From: a virus
Direction: 5' to 3' (one strand)
Virus record (IMG/VR): IMGVR_UViG_3300042892_002840
Coordinates: 1 to 64,000 of that record
Length of the DNA stretch: 64,000 bases
The notes under the pieces are model-generated. The model was not told the DNA's origin. It saw nothing but the letters and a program-made list of their open reading frames with translations, and did not search any database. The first letter of the stretch is position 1. The number at the start of each line of letters is the position of its first letter. The position numbers and the translations under genes are program-made. Shown here piece by piece: positions 1-11,500 of the stretch.

Positions 1-132
1 ACAATACATTAACAGGTTATTGTTAGCCTCTGATGTTTCCTTTAAGCCTAAAGCTTTTACAATTGCTTTGACTTGGGAATGGGCATAATGCGTGGAATCA
101 ATCTTCCTTGCGTAATTCCCTCGTATTGCCAT
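1..132 (-). CDS. 5' part of probable DNA primase (runs off window)
   Basis: Hand translation from ATG at 132: MAIRGNYARK...LLMYC, open to the window edge. The final Cys is where a primase CPFH zinc motif would begin; lies just downstream of DnaB. Not in the ORF track. Confidence 0.45.
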   Translation of the reverse strand, partial: MAIRGNYARKIDSTHYAHSQVKAIVKALGLKETSEANNNLLMYC

Positions 133-401
133 GCTTTCTTCTTTCCAACATATACACCATAGAGCGTCATTAGGAACGCCCAGGATTCTCCGTCAAATTC
201 TACCGAAAAGCTAGGGTTTATGTCAAGTACTCTTGAATAACCCTTCGATTTCATGTCTTGAGTAAGAACTCTATCATATTGATTTCTTACTCTGATCATG
301 TCCGAATCGTCTTTAAATTTAACCTTTACTTGAAATCTTTTTATCTGCTTGTGATTCATTTTGCTGGAAAGGGTTCTCATAAATCTCTTTGACGATACCA
401 C
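57..401 (-). CDS. hypothetical protein (true start may be the internal MNHK)
   Basis: ORF overlapping its neighbours in the replication operon. Confidence 0.6.
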   Translation of the reverse strand: MVSSKRFMRTLSSKMNHKQIKRFQVKVKFKDDSDMIRVRNQYDRVLTQDMKSKGYSRVLDINPSFSVEFDGESWAFLMTLYGVYVGKKKAWQYEGITQGRLIPRIMPIPKSKQL

Positions 402-1587
402 GGTTGATATCCCAATCTAAGTATAGTCCAAACTCATGCCCATGTCGATTCTTACGAGAAACAACTTCAATCATGTTTGTTCCTGGATATCTATGAACTG
501 CCATAGCCATATCAGCATCGTACTCAATAGCTTTCGACCAAGCCACCTGTGACATCATTGGTGGGTTGTCTTGATCTGAAACATCGTCAGCAGTCGCTGC
601 AGTAATATCAATAATAGGAATATTGTTTGATACAGCAAGCATTTTAAACTCACGAGATACATTTCGATTTCTCTCAACTTCAGACTGGCTTCGCTTGTTG
701 TCATTAAACAACTGATGATAGTCTAGGATAACTAGGTCTGGCTTATGCTGATCAATCTTTCCTTGAATAGTAGCTGGAGTAACTTCAGTGTTACCCTCAT
801 TTGAAATAAGAATAAAACTGTTCTTGTTCTCAAACTTTTTCTGAGACCATGAGCGGAAGTCATCAATATTAATATCTCCCTTTGAAAAATCTGAAGCCTT
901 AAATAGCCCTGACCCAAGCATAGTGTAGATACGGTCACGCATATTCTCTGGCGACATTTCAAGGGATACAATCATAGGCTTAAAGCCCTGCTCCCAAGCC
1001 TTGCAAGCAAGATACGATGTAAACCATGTCTTACCACGCCCTGGCCAGCCGATAGCGACGATTAGGTGTCCTGGAGCCATACCTGTTGGGTATGCCAGAT
1101 CTATGGCCTCAAAGCCCGTCTTGATGCCTGGAGAACCACCCATTTCAGCAGAGCGGACTCGAACCAGCTCCATATGCCTAATTGCAGCATCCGCATCAGT
1201 AATATCCAAGTCTCTTACATTGTTTGTAAATCTACTAAGGTTTGCTAGTTGGCTCTGCATTTGCTCTAGAACTCTAGATGCTGCATCTTCTTTTAGAGCT
1301 GAACCGCTTTTTAAAATAATATTCTTTAGCTTATTAGACAGAAACTCATTCTTTAATGTATCTAGGTAATAGCCAGTCTCCGCCTTTGTATCCACTGGCT
1401 CAAAGTCTTTAAACTTTTCCTGCAGGATTCCTGCTTCTGGTACAGCCTTAAACTTATAGTAATATGACTTTAGGCCTTCCCAAATATCTTTGTGGGAGGT
1501 AAATAGATCGTCTACGTTATCTGCAAGCAGTGTGCTGATATCTTTATTCTTGCATACAGCAGATATTAATGTTGCTTCTGTATTCAC
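319..1587 (-). CDS. dnaB: DnaB-like replicative helicase
   Basis: Walker A GWPGRGKT, SLEM motif, Walker B LVILDY, IEYDAD and KNRHG motifs. Confidence 0.95.
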   Translation of the reverse strand: MNTEATLISAVCKNKDISTLLADNVDDLFTSHKDIWEGLKSYYYKFKAVPEAGILQEKFKDFEPVDTKAETGYYLDTLKNEFLSNKLKNIILKSGSALKEDAASRVLEQMQSQLANLSRFTNNVRDLDITDADAAIRHMELVRVRSAEMGGSPGIKTGFEAIDLAYPTGMAPGHLIVAIGWPGRGKTWFTSYLACKAWEQGFKPMIVSLEMSPENMRDRIYTMLGSGLFKASDFSKGDINIDDFRSWSQKKFENKNSFILISNEGNTEVTPATIQGKIDQHKPDLVILDYHQLFNDNKRSQSEVERNRNVSREFKMLAVSNNIPIIDITAATADDVSDQDNPPMMSQVAWSKAIEYDADMAMAVHRYPGTNMIEVVSRKNRHGHEFGLYLDWDINRGIVKEIYENPFQQNESQADKKISSKG

Positions 1588-1907
1588 TCTATTCCGCCTT
1601 GCTCTACCATCTTCTTCGTTTCTTCTAGTAACAAACGACGCTTCTCTTTGTCTTTCTCAATCTCTAACTTTAAAGCATCCATCTTATCAAAATTATAAAA
1701 AAAGAATTGAAGTGGGTGACCATTTTTGGTTAAACCAAAGTAGTACTCAAGTAATTCTTTTGCACGGTCAAATCCTACACTATCAATAACATCTTGCATA
1801 GCCCATTTCTCACGAAACTTATTTATGGTTATGGCACGACCATACTTATCTTTATATAAGTTTTGATACAAGCTGATAAGAATATATGGCTCTTTGTTAT
1901 TTGCCAC
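1584..1907 (-). CDS. hypothetical protein, replication-associated
   Basis: Overlaps the dnaB start by 4 nt. Confidence 0.7.
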   Translation of the reverse strand: MANNKEPYILISLYQNLYKDKYGRAITINKFREKWAMQDVIDSVGFDRAKELLEYYFGLTKNGHPLQFFFYNFDKMDALKLEIEKDKEKRRLLLEETKKMVEQGGIE

Positions 1908-2100
1908 GCTTCAGCTCTTCTTCTACTTCTTGTGTTTTTTGAATTAACTTATTTTCAACAAATGTATAGATTCGTTCTGTGGCAGCATCAACAGTTTCTC
2001 CCTGTCTCACATCGTCTTCTATTCCAACACCAATCTTGATGCTCTCGTAGTTGCCCAAGTTTCTAGTAAATGATAGGTCAACCTTTACCTTAGTTGTCAT
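1897..2100 (-). CDS. hypothetical phage protein (TRNLGNYES motif)
   Basis: Coupled ORF with a motif common in small phage proteins. Confidence 0.7.
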   Translation of the reverse strand: MTTKVKVDLSFTRNLGNYESIKIGVGIEDDVRQGETVDAATERIYTFVENKLIQKTQEVEEELKRGK

Positions 2101-2207
2101 TTGTGCTCCTTCTTTATGTGATTAGATAGTGTTAGATGTGCAAAATCAGATCTGACTTCAAGTTCTTTATTGCATGTTGGGCATATTACGATTCTGCTGC
2201 TTGCCAT
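2097..2207 (-). CDS. 36-aa C2H2-like zinc-finger protein
   Basis: Hand translation MASSRIVICPTCNKELEVRSDFAHLTLSNHIKKEHK; overlaps both neighbours. Confidence 0.6.
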   Translation of the reverse strand: MASSRIVICPTCNKELEVRSDFAHLTLSNHIKKEHK

Positions 2208-2692
2208 TATTCCGCCTTCCAAACAGGTACAAACTTTCCTTCATCTGTTTTAGTATACAATATAAAATTGTTTTTGAGAAGCCCCTGAAGTTCTGCTTTT
2301 GATGGAACCTCAGATGAGTGGCCTGAATCTAAGATATGTTGATGTATATCTAATATGTTTTTTTGATTAAACATATACTTAGACCAGGTCTCGCTGTCTG
2401 GTGATCCTATTGGATATATCTTTGAAGGAGACATAACTTTGCCCTCAAGAATATAATCCTGAATAGTAACTCGATGCTTATTAAGCATTTCCGCTACTTG
2501 AACAATACTGTAGGCGTTCTCCATATTCTTTCTTACTTGTGAATATGAATAGAGCATTCTTTTCTTATCTGGATAGCACCAGGCGATTAATTCATCTTTT
2601 GATCTAGATGAGCTTATCACCTTATGTACTTTATCGTTTAAGAAGAAATACCGTATGTTTTTTGGTTTGCCGTTTCTTTTAGATCTAGCCAT
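2207..2692 (-). CDS. HTH (excisionase/MerR-like) DNA-binding protein
   Basis: YSIVQVAEMLNKHRVTIQDYILEG helix-turn-helix pattern. Confidence 0.7.
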   Translation of the reverse strand: MARSKRNGKPKNIRYFFLNDKVHKVISSSRSKDELIAWCYPDKKRMLYSYSQVRKNMENAYSIVQVAEMLNKHRVTIQDYILEGKVMSPSKIYPIGSPDSETWSKYMFNQKNILDIHQHILDSGHSSEVPSKAELQGLLKNNFILYTKTDEGKFVPVWKAE

Positions 2693-2823
2693 TTACCAAA
2701 AGCACTCGTTTCCTTATTAACCATCTTGCGCCATCCGCACATGATGCAAAAAAGCTCAATATGTAATTTTTGTGAGAATACTCTGTCTACAAAAACCCTT
2801 CCATTACATTTAGCGCACCACAT
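2638..2823 (-). CDS. small zinc-ribbon protein
   Basis: CAKC...CIMCG. Confidence 0.7.
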   Translation of the reverse strand: MWCAKCNGRVFVDRVFSQKLHIELFCIMCGWRKMVNKETSAFGKWLDLKETANQKTYGISS

Positions 2824-3623
2824 TATAGTGTAAACAGCTTCCCGTCAACGACGCATGAATAGTCAGGAGCAACATGAATCATCTGAATATGAGGATAGTC
2901 ATTAACAATATGTGCAATTGCAAAACCTTTTTGCCAGTCATGGTGCTGCATATACTTCATTCCGTCTGACTTCTCATCACACATGTGACCTAATTCATAG
3001 CCACGAAGTGTCTCGCCTTCTCCATTATTTCTAAGCTCGTAAGTTACAAGGTGTGACGCAATTCTATGTGAGTGGCCTCTAATTAAAGAGATCTGAAGAT
3101 CTTCCATATCTTTACGAACAGAGCCCGTGGCTGCAATTGAAAGTCCATGGTGTACGTGAATATCTCCAAACCTTCGCTTAGGCAATTCGTTATAATAAAT
3201 ATATTCATATCCCAATGAATCTAAGCTCCATAGGGCTTCTGGAGTAACCTCTGAGATATAGTCTGGAAGCTTTGCATCCACATAATTAAATACTCGAATA
3301 TCGTGATTGCCAAGAGCTGAGAATAGCTGTGCGTCTGGAAGCATCTCTCTTGTCTTTGCATAAAAATCTCTAGCGCCTTTTGCTTCATGACGCATCATTG
3401 GAACAATTAAATCTTTGCTATCATTTTTGTGATAGTTTAAAAACTCTGCTGAACGTCCTTCTGTATACTTGCTATAGCAAGCCTGATCATCAGTATCACC
3501 AAGGTAGTCAACGACATCTGGCTTAAACCACTTCATGACCTTAAACCAAAGTGCGATCATCTTATCATCCTGATATGGGAACTGCTGGTCGGATGAAATC
3601 ATCCACTTTAAATCGTTACTCAT
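2823..3623 (-). CDS. calcineurin-like metallophosphoesterase
   Basis: SDQQ (DxH variant), GD, GNHD, HHG and GHSH motifs. Confidence 0.88.
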   Translation of the reverse strand: MSNDLKWMISSDQQFPYQDDKMIALWFKVMKWFKPDVVDYLGDTDDQACYSKYTEGRSAEFLNYHKNDSKDLIVPMMRHEAKGARDFYAKTREMLPDAQLFSALGNHDIRVFNYVDAKLPDYISEVTPEALWSLDSLGYEYIYYNELPKRRFGDIHVHHGLSIAATGSVRKDMEDLQISLIRGHSHRIASHLVTYELRNNGEGETLRGYELGHMCDEKSDGMKYMQHHDWQKGFAIAHIVNDYPHIQMIHVAPDYSCVVDGKLFTL

Positions 3624-3640
3624 TATCTACCTCAATATGT

Positions 3641-3665
3641 AAAAAAGTCACGGGTACGTGACTTT
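3641..3665 (-). terminator. intrinsic terminator ending the tail operon
   Basis: AAAGTCACG-ggta-CGTGACTTT hairpin with T-run on the minus strand. Confidence 0.65.
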
Positions 3666-3709
3666 GATGTTACAGTAATTGTAACATATTGGTATGGGTT
3701 GTCAATAGG

Positions 3710-4165
3710 TTAGGCTAGTTGTCCTACAACAAAAGCAGTAAATTGTACTTTGCTATTTGCAGTATTTGTTCTAAATCTAATAAATGCATTTGTTGAGCTT
3801 ACGCTTTCAACCTGTGGGAAAACTTGTGAGTTTGCCCATGTAGGAGATGTTTGACCAATGCTGTCAATCTGAATAAAAACATGAGGGGTTCCAACAAATG
3901 TCTTGCCAAACTTGACTTCTTTTACGCTGCCATTTGCTGCGTTTGACTTCACAGTTAGCGATGAAGGCACTGCAACTATTGTGTTGTATGCAACAGTTGT
4001 GGGCTTGCCATCTGTTTTATTTGCAAGTCCTGCTGCATCAACTGCAATATTAGAAACCGTCTCTCCTTTTGCTACAGTTTGCAGGTTGGTAATAATTGAT
4101 GAGAGAAGGTCTGATGTCACTGGATCTCCAGGATTAATAGACATAGACTGTATTGTAATTGCCAT
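3710..4165 (-). CDS. minor tail/virion protein
   Basis: Last gene of the tail operon; VKFGKTFVGTPHV beta motif typical of fibre-associated domains. Confidence 0.6.
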   Translation of the reverse strand: MAITIQSMSINPGDPVTSDLLSSIITNLQTVAKGETVSNIAVDAAGLANKTDGKPTTVAYNTIVAVPSSLTVKSNAANGSVKEVKFGKTFVGTPHVFIQIDSIGQTSPTWANSQVFPQVESVSSTNAFIRFRTNTANSKVQFTAFVVGQLA

Positions 4166-4168
4166 TTG

Positions 4169-4330
4169 TTACTCCTCTGGTTGTTCCGTTGGAACTTCCT
4201 GCTTTTTAATTTGTTCTGAAAGCTGTGTAATTTCAGCACGAAGAATTGCTATGTGCGTCTCATATTGTGATACGAGCTCACCAATTCTTTGCTGTAGTGC
4301 TTGTACTACTAGCTCTATCTTGTTATCCAT
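4169..4330 (-). CDS. 53-aa coiled-coil protein
   Basis: Hand translation MDNKIELVVQALQQRIGELVSQYETHIAILRAEITQLSEQIKKQEVPTEQPEE; fills the gap between tail genes. Confidence 0.65.
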   Translation of the reverse strand: MDNKIELVVQALQQRIGELVSQYETHIAILRAEITQLSEQIKKQEVPTEQPEE

Positions 4331-4363
4331 TATATCTCTTTTCTACTTAAAACAAGGATACCA

Positions 4364-7216
4364 TTATCCTTCAAGTGCGTCAAGTCTTGTTTTGACTGAA
4401 TCAAGCTCTTCCTTTAATTCTTTTATTGCCAATACTAGCAAAGCTGACATTCTATCATATGCAATACTTATTGGAGCGCCCTCTAAGTCATAATTTACTA
4501 CGCCCTTAAACTTTTCAATCTCATCAAGCTCTTCTGCAATTAAACCAGAAACTACCTCTTCTTCGCCTATGTAGTTAAAGCTAACTGGGTTTACAAGCAT
4601 TAGTGAATTTAAGTATCCATCTTTAGGAATGCTATTTATATTTTCTTTAAATTTTCTACTTGAGCCCGATACCTTTAGATATCCAGATGAGTTTTGTATG
4701 ATTGCAGTTCCAGTTGATCCACCTGTAGCGGAGCCTTGCGAATTTAAGCTGTCGGCAAACAACGACCCATTTCCAAAAATTGCTATCTTTGGATTTGCAG
4801 ATCCAGTGCCTGGTGTATTTGTTGATCCGTCTCCTCCAAAATAGGCTGCATTAGTTAATCTTAAATTTCTCCATCTATATGTATTGTAATTTGATCCGCT
4901 TTTTATTCCAAGATCGACTGCTCCATCTGTATAAGGGTATAAGGAACTAGTCCATCCTCCAGTATTAACTGATATAAATGCTACAGCATTTAGCCCAAGG
5001 CTTGGTATTCCAGCTCTAGAGTATAGTGTAGAGAATGCATTTGATGTTGTACTTAAAACTACGTTTGGTCCACCTTCACCGTCATCTGAAACAATTCCGC
5101 TTCCTCCATCAATGTTTATCGAGCCGCCAGTTATGACTCCTCCGCTGATAGTTGATCCTGTAATGCTACCTGAAAATGCTGCTGCGCCTGTTTGTGCATT
5201 AAGAGTAAATGTTGAGCCAGTAGTATTGCTTGTACTAGAACTATTAAATGCTGCAATACCAGCGCTATTTAAAACAACTCTGGCTCCTGATGTTGGGACA
5301 ACTGTTGCAGATCCATTGTTATTTGCAAATATTGTTATTCCCTGTGCATTTATTCCTGTTACGTTATTGGAAGAATCTGTAATTGTGCTAGCACTTTTTG
5401 TCAACTTTTTAGCAACTTCTACAGCTGCAGCATCTGCAGTATTTTTAGCTGCGGTTGCAGTAGCGCTTGCTGTAGTTGCAGTGGCATTTGCAGTTGTGGC
5501 AGTCGTGTTTGCAGTAGTAGCGGTAGTATTTGCAGTGGTAGCAGTAGCGGCAGCATTATCGATTGCTGTTTTTGTTGCTCCCGCTGTTATTACTAGAGTT
5601 CCAGATATTTCTGCTCCAGTTGCATATAGTGTTCCATTAGAATGGACTTTAAATTTAGCATTAGAAGAAGATTGAGAGCCAACCCAAATTCTGTATGTGT
5701 CTGTTGCGCTAAGCTTTACAATTGATGTTAGGGTTCCAGTAGTGTCTCCCAAAACAATTGATCCAGCGCTATCGATAACTGTATTGCTGTTGGATATCTT
5801 TCCAGTTGTTTGTCCAGAAGCGTTGATTGTCCAGCCGCCTATGTAGCCTTGACGTGCATCTATTTTTCCATCTGACTGAGTAATTGCAACAGTTTGAGCA
5901 TTATTAGTATCGTAGGCAAATAATCCTGAGCTATTTAGTCTGACTCTTGCACCTGTATTTGCCTGTGAGCCAGCAAACAAAGACCCTCCGTTTAGCTGAA
6001 CATCTCCAGTAAAAGATCCTCCAGTTGCTGTTATCTTTCCTGTTGTATATAAATCTGATCCGCTCCAAAAAAGAAATGATGTTGCGCTTCCAACTCTAAA
6101 CTGACCAGTATTTAGCCAATAGTTATGCCCATAGTTTGTACTTGATCTGTCAAGAATAATTCCATTATATGTTCCTGTAGTAAATGATGGTGTAGTTGTA
6201 ATTGAAGTATTGATGTCTTGAGCTATTCCAGTTCCTATCTTAAATAGGTCTGCATTTTTACCACCGATAGAGAATACGGATCTTAGCTGTGCAAACACGT
6301 CTGCTGGCGCATTAGAATCAATTATGGGATTAATGGTGCCAGATCTTGGAGATGCCCATGAGATTGCGTTGTAAGGACTTTTTGAAGTAAGTTGCCAGTA
6401 GTATCTGGTGTTAGGAGTTAATCCTGTTATTTCAAATGTGGTTGTAGATTTACCATCAACCTGTCCGTATTCCCATAGTGGGTTAGTAACAACAGATGGG
6501 TCTTGAGCAGACCATCTTATTACGTATCCTGAAGTGTTTGCATCAGTGTTTGCAGCCCATGAAACTGTCATCTTCCCACTAAAACCACTTTTATCGTTTG
6601 CATCTATTGATCCTACTGCAGAACCTGAAGTTGGAGCACTTGGTGGCGTAGACGTATCTGGATCAGCATTTTTAGGTATGACAGATCCATTTGTATCTGG
6701 ACCAACTGCGATTACATCTGTATGGTTTTTTGTTAGCCACTTATCTCTTGATCTAACCTTTACCCAACGTGGTGCAAAATTAGATGTGTTTATACTAACA
6801 TTTGTAGAGTTTCCAACATACACAATATATTGATTGGCAAAGTCTGATGTAAGGCTTTCAAAAATAATAATATCTTCTTGAACACTTGTTGGGTCTATTG
6901 TAAATTTGACTCCATAGGATTTAAATCCTGCAGTTAATGTTAGCCCTTGCACACCTTTAGTTAAGTTTGGAATATCAAATCCATGCTCAACTATTGGAGA
7001 CCTTGGGCCTTCTCTTAAAACTTTAGTTTCTGGATCTTGATATAAATAGTTAAACCAAAAACGATAAATTTTATCTGATATTGTTAGTGGTAGCTTTATG
7101 GTTACATCATATGAGTCTTTTGTTGTACGGCTAGCCTTAGCTGCAGCATCAACTGTATTTAGCTCTAAATCTGGTGGCAGGTATTCTCCGCCACTGTCTG
7201 GGTCCCTAATAACCAT
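4364..7216 (-). CDS. tail fibre with FN3 domain and C-terminal S74 intramolecular chaperone
   Basis: FN3 pattern (VSW...ITGLTPNTRYYW), Ala/Thr coiled coil, SSRKFKENI...GLIAEE chaperone motif. Confidence 0.85.
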   Translation of the reverse strand: MVIRDPDSGGEYLPPDLELNTVDAAAKASRTTKDSYDVTIKLPLTISDKIYRFWFNYLYQDPETKVLREGPRSPIVEHGFDIPNLTKGVQGLTLTAGFKSYGVKFTIDPTSVQEDIIIFESLTSDFANQYIVYVGNSTNVSINTSNFAPRWVKVRSRDKWLTKNHTDVIAVGPDTNGSVIPKNADPDTSTPPSAPTSGSAVGSIDANDKSGFSGKMTVSWAANTDANTSGYVIRWSAQDPSVVTNPLWEYGQVDGKSTTTFEITGLTPNTRYYWQLTSKSPYNAISWASPRSGTINPIIDSNAPADVFAQLRSVFSIGGKNADLFKIGTGIAQDINTSITTTPSFTTGTYNGIILDRSSTNYGHNYWLNTGQFRVGSATSFLFWSGSDLYTTGKITATGGSFTGDVQLNGGSLFAGSQANTGARVRLNSSGLFAYDTNNAQTVAITQSDGKIDARQGYIGGWTINASGQTTGKISNSNTVIDSAGSIVLGDTTGTLTSIVKLSATDTYRIWVGSQSSSNAKFKVHSNGTLYATGAEISGTLVITAGATKTAIDNAAATATTANTTATTANTTATTANATATTASATATAAKNTADAAAVEVAKKLTKSASTITDSSNNVTGINAQGITIFANNNGSATVVPTSGARVVLNSAGIAAFNSSSTSNTTGSTFTLNAQTGAAAFSGSITGSTISGGVITGGSINIDGGSGIVSDDGEGGPNVVLSTTSNAFSTLYSRAGIPSLGLNAVAFISVNTGGWTSSLYPYTDGAVDLGIKSGSNYNTYRWRNLRLTNAAYFGGDGSTNTPGTGSANPKIAIFGNGSLFADSLNSQGSATGGSTGTAIIQNSSGYLKVSGSSRKFKENINSIPKDGYLNSLMLVNPVSFNYIGEEEVVSGLIAEELDEIEKFKGVVNYDLEGAPISIAYDRMSALLVLAIKELKEELDSVKTRLDALEG

Positions 7217-8179
7217 TTAAAAATTTATTCCTAATCTGTACTCAATGTCCATCTGTCTTCCTGGAGATTTAGTAATTGGAGAAGATAGAACTGATCTACT
7301 TATTAAACCAAAGTCTGGCTTAAAAGAGTCTTCATCATTAATTCTAAGCCCGTCCATTAAAACTGTTGTTGCCCCTGAAGACTTTGCTTTTGCTCCAACT
7401 GTAAACTTCACTATAGCAGAATTATCTGGGGTTCCAGATCCCAGGCCGCTGTCATACAAGCTAGACAGTGTTAATGAGTTTATCTTATTACCTATGGAAG
7501 AGCTACCTGGAAATCTAATTTCATGATAGCTATCATCTGAGCTATATGCTCTAACATATATGTAGTCTAGATTTAAGTCAGACTGATAGTAAGCAATTGT
7601 CATGCTGTCATTAATGCTGTAGCCTGAAAGATCAAAGTTAATTGAATAAGAATATTTCACCGAAGAATTTGATGGTGCAAGTATTTTCATATACGAAGAC
7701 CCTATTAGTGGAGTTGGCGAAGAAACAATTTCTGCCTGATCTCCAGAATCTGATATCCAGTACTGATTATTTTCAAAGCTAGATATCGACCTGCTTGAAT
7801 AATCAGTGGCACCAATTGTTACATTTGGAAACAATCCAATTTCTTTAATAACTCCAGCAACGTCGTTAGGTATAGTAGTTTTATAAACTACTCCATATGT
7901 AGTAAGTCCTGTAGATGAACTTGTCTGTATATCTACGCTGCTAAGGTTGACTTGAGATTTATAGAACTCAAAATTTAACTGTGTATCATTTACTGTTGGA
8001 GAGGAAGTTCCTATGCCTAAAGCTATATCTTTTGCTGGACTACTAGATTGGCCTGCAAGATAAGTTGTAATGTATCTCTTTCCATATTTTGTAAGAATAT
8101 TTTTTGATCTTCCAACTTCTTTACCGTCAATAAAAAAAACATACTCTCCATTAATTAAATTTTTATTGTCCATAGCCAT
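7217..8179 (-). CDS. baseplate/minor tail protein
   Basis: NILTKYG...IALGIG...IKEIGLF pattern; position in tail module. Confidence 0.7.
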   Translation of the reverse strand: MAMDNKNLINGEYVFFIDGKEVGRSKNILTKYGKRYITTYLAGQSSSPAKDIALGIGTSSPTVNDTQLNFEFYKSQVNLSSVDIQTSSSTGLTTYGVVYKTTIPNDVAGVIKEIGLFPNVTIGATDYSSRSISSFENNQYWISDSGDQAEIVSSPTPLIGSSYMKILAPSNSSVKYSYSINFDLSGYSINDSMTIAYYQSDLNLDYIYVRAYSSDDSYHEIRFPGSSSIGNKINSLTLSSLYDSGLGSGTPDNSAIVKFTVGAKAKSSGATTVLMDGLRINDEDSFKPDFGLISRSVLSSPITKSPGRQMDIEYRLGINF

Positions 8180-8528
8180 TTACTCCCACAACTTCTGAAC
8201 CCACATGGTTCTTGATATTAAACTTAAACTCAACATATTGAGCTCCGTTGCCATCCGTAATCATCGTCTTGCTAATTAACATTATGTCTCCGAGGTTTGG
8301 GGCTTCAAGCAAAGAGTCGTCGCCTGAATCTTCTGGATCTTCTGGATCTGTTGGATCTTCAGGATCTTCACCATTTCCAACACCTACTGAGTAGACTGGC
8401 TCAAGACTTCCTTTGCTAACAATGATATACGAGTTGGGATCCAATACACCTATGAGAGGGTCGCCTGGATACAACAAAACCTTCTTTTGTTTAGGTATCT
8501 TGGAAGCTGGTACTTTTATATTACTCAT
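8163..8528 (-). CDS. minor tail protein with acidic DPE repeats
   Basis: Position; EDPEDPTDPEDPED. Confidence 0.6.
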   Translation of the reverse strand: MSNIKVPASKIPKQKKVLLYPGDPLIGVLDPNSYIIVSKGSLEPVYSVGVGNGEDPEDPTDPEDPEDSGDDSLLEAPNLGDIMLISKTMITDGNGAQYVEFKFNIKNHVGSEVVGVNGYGQ

Positions 8529-8545
8529 ATTAACATTCTACCATT

Positions 8546-11500
8546 TCATTCTGTATAAATCGACCTACATGTAACTGTTGTAGTTGCAGGATCATCTCCA
8601 TATGTTGTGTCTAGGGCAAGAATAACATACTTGCCCACGTATGGGGGATTTGTATCTTCAGATGAATATAAGTTGTTTAAGGGGTATGATACTTCTACCA
8701 CATCTCCTATTTGTAGAATTGGATTGATAAATGTCTCTATTGTTAAAACACGCTGTTGATTAGACCACTGTTTTGTTATCCATTCAGCAAGACTTTTTGC
8801 TTCAGATTCCTTTTGAATCCAAACTGATTCGAATCCTATCTGTTCCGCCTTGTCTGCATCTGTGAGCTTTGGGTCCATATATTCGTATGGGTCTGTTGGC
8901 CCAAGATAGTCTCCAACAACTATGAACTGTCTCTCCGCTCCATTATCTAGTGGTGCAAACGCTCCTGTATTATTCATAACAAAAACATCCATCGTGTATG
9001 AATCAAGAGAGGATCCAACTATACTGACATCTGGATTTTGAACTAATATTGGATATCTTGGAAACACTGGTGCGTTAGCATACCTAGATTGAACTCTGCG
9101 TAATTCTCTAGCTACTGGACCAAATTCTTTTACCCATACAGGATAGGTAGGGTCTGGCCCTTTATCGAAAACAAAGTCTGAAAAGTTTTTTACAATAAAT
9201 GAACCTGAGCCTAAGAATCCGTGGTAAATACTAAAGTAATTATTGCTTACAAAATCTTCATCTTTTATTGCAGCAGAATATACGTAATCAAATGCAGCAA
9301 TTCCCTGAAGAGATACTAGTCCTAATTTATTAGTTAATGTAATTGGGGATGTGTCTACAACTGAGAACTGCTTATTGTTAATCATTATCTTAAATACTCT
9401 TGAGGCCTGACCACCAATTGTTTGGTCTGTAGATCTTATATCAACACGATATAGCTCACCGCCATTAATATTTGTAATGATAGTTCCATCTTCATCTTTT
9501 TGGCTAGTTATCATGGATACGGGCTTACCGTCAACAATTTTATAAAAATTTATATCCTTGTATGCTTTGTCGACATTAGTATTTTGGGATGTACCCATAG
9601 TAAGCATATATCCGCTTTTATTATTTGATCCTAAAGAAAACGCAATACCTGCCAGAGTGCGTTGGTTTCCTGTAATTTCTTTTGTCTTAGGATCTTTAAT
9701 TAGAGGGAAGTACATGTTAGTCCCAATGATAAAATTCTTTTGGCCCTTGTAGTTGGCATCAATTGTAGCCATTGAATAAACTGTATTGTTTGTATATTTA
9801 GGAGGAAGTGCTGGATCTGTATTTGGAGTGGATGTAACATTCGGAGCAGTAAGTGTCATAAAGGATCTAGATACTGGATTCACTAAATTGTTTGTTGTGT
9901 CTGGAGTCATATTAGTAAGCTGGAACACATACTGGCTTGGAGTAAAATCTCCTGTTGCAGAGTTCCATTTAGTGCCAGCCCATTCATCAGTAAGAGATTT
10001 TGTTGATACCTCATGAGTTAAAGACTTAGTGTCTGTTGAGGAAATTACACCGAAGGCATTTCTTGATTTAATTCTATATCTTCCTGTTGGCTCAAATGTA
10101 TTTGGAGCAGCAAGACCTTGATACTTTGATATGTCAGAGTCTGAAGTAATCCATTTTGCTTTTGATATTCCAACATATTTATTTATTGCTGAGTTGTATG
10201 TTGCTGTTGCAATCTCTACGTACTGATACTCCACTGCATCAAATTCAATAATTTCTTTATCAATTAGAAGATAACCTGTTTGTGAATAAATAAGCTTATC
10301 GTTTCCACTAATTATAACTGGCTCTAACTTTACAACTCCATTTGGAGAAACCTCGCCCGACGAGTTGGTATCTGATGGAGCAACTGGTGGAAGTGAATCT
10401 ACTAATGCTGCGGCTCCGAGCATAGTTACAGATGATCTGTATACCATCTCAGCTGAAGCAAGATATGCTGAGCTAAGCTGTGGGCTATAAATAACCTTTA
10501 CAGATTTTACTGATGGAACATTTTCCAGCGAAAGCTGAGATATGTTTGCCAAATTTGATCCACTCTTATTGTATCTAAACTTAAACTGTGTAGATTTGTT
10601 TTTAAATATATAATCTCTTGGGTAAAACTGAAGAACATCATTCTCATCAAAAACAGCAATCATTTGAGTGTCTTTACAAAGATCTTGAATGTGCTCCCAA
10701 ACAGTTTTTGTATTATCTGTGTACCAGTATAGTGGTGAGATCGTTGAAGTATCTTCTGCAGAAACATTAAAGTAGTAGTTTGTAAATCCAACTCCATCTA
10801 GCAATCTTCTTATGATAGCAACCGAAGACATTTCTTTGCAAACAATATCTGGAGCATTCATATACTGAAGTTCTTTAGCGCCATCTAGACCAGTTATGTC
10901 TATATTTCCAAACTCTCCTACTGAGAATGCATCAGTATAGAAAACTCCTAGATTTACCTTTTCTGTGCCAATCTTTACAAACGGATACAGCTTAATATTG
11001 TTGTAAAGATTTACTTTATTTTTATCAAAAGCCTTTTTCTTGTCATGATATGCGTAAGACTGATCAAATGCATTTATTGAAAGATTAATTGAGTTTGCTG
11101 TGACATCTCCCACTGGGATTAATCCGTTAACAGAATCAGATGAGTTCTTGCCTATTGAAAACGACACAAGTCTTGGGCTTACATCTATAACATACTTAGG
11201 AGATATCTCTATTATACCTAGGTACCCGCCTGATTCTGATATTGAGTTTACCTGTAGCTTTAATCCAGCCAAATCTACTCCTGTAGTTGGTTCTGTAAAT
11301 TCTGCAGTTGACCATGTAGATCCATTATAATATAAATTTACTACGCCATCATTTGGGCATGTTGTTCCTGTAAATATAGTAGACTCTGTGCCCGTTAGTC
11401 CAACTGTTTTTAAATTCCATGACGTCGGCTTTCCATGAGATGTTTCAAACTTAATAGCAATCTTATTTGCTACTGCAGCAACATTGTTTATTTTAGGGTA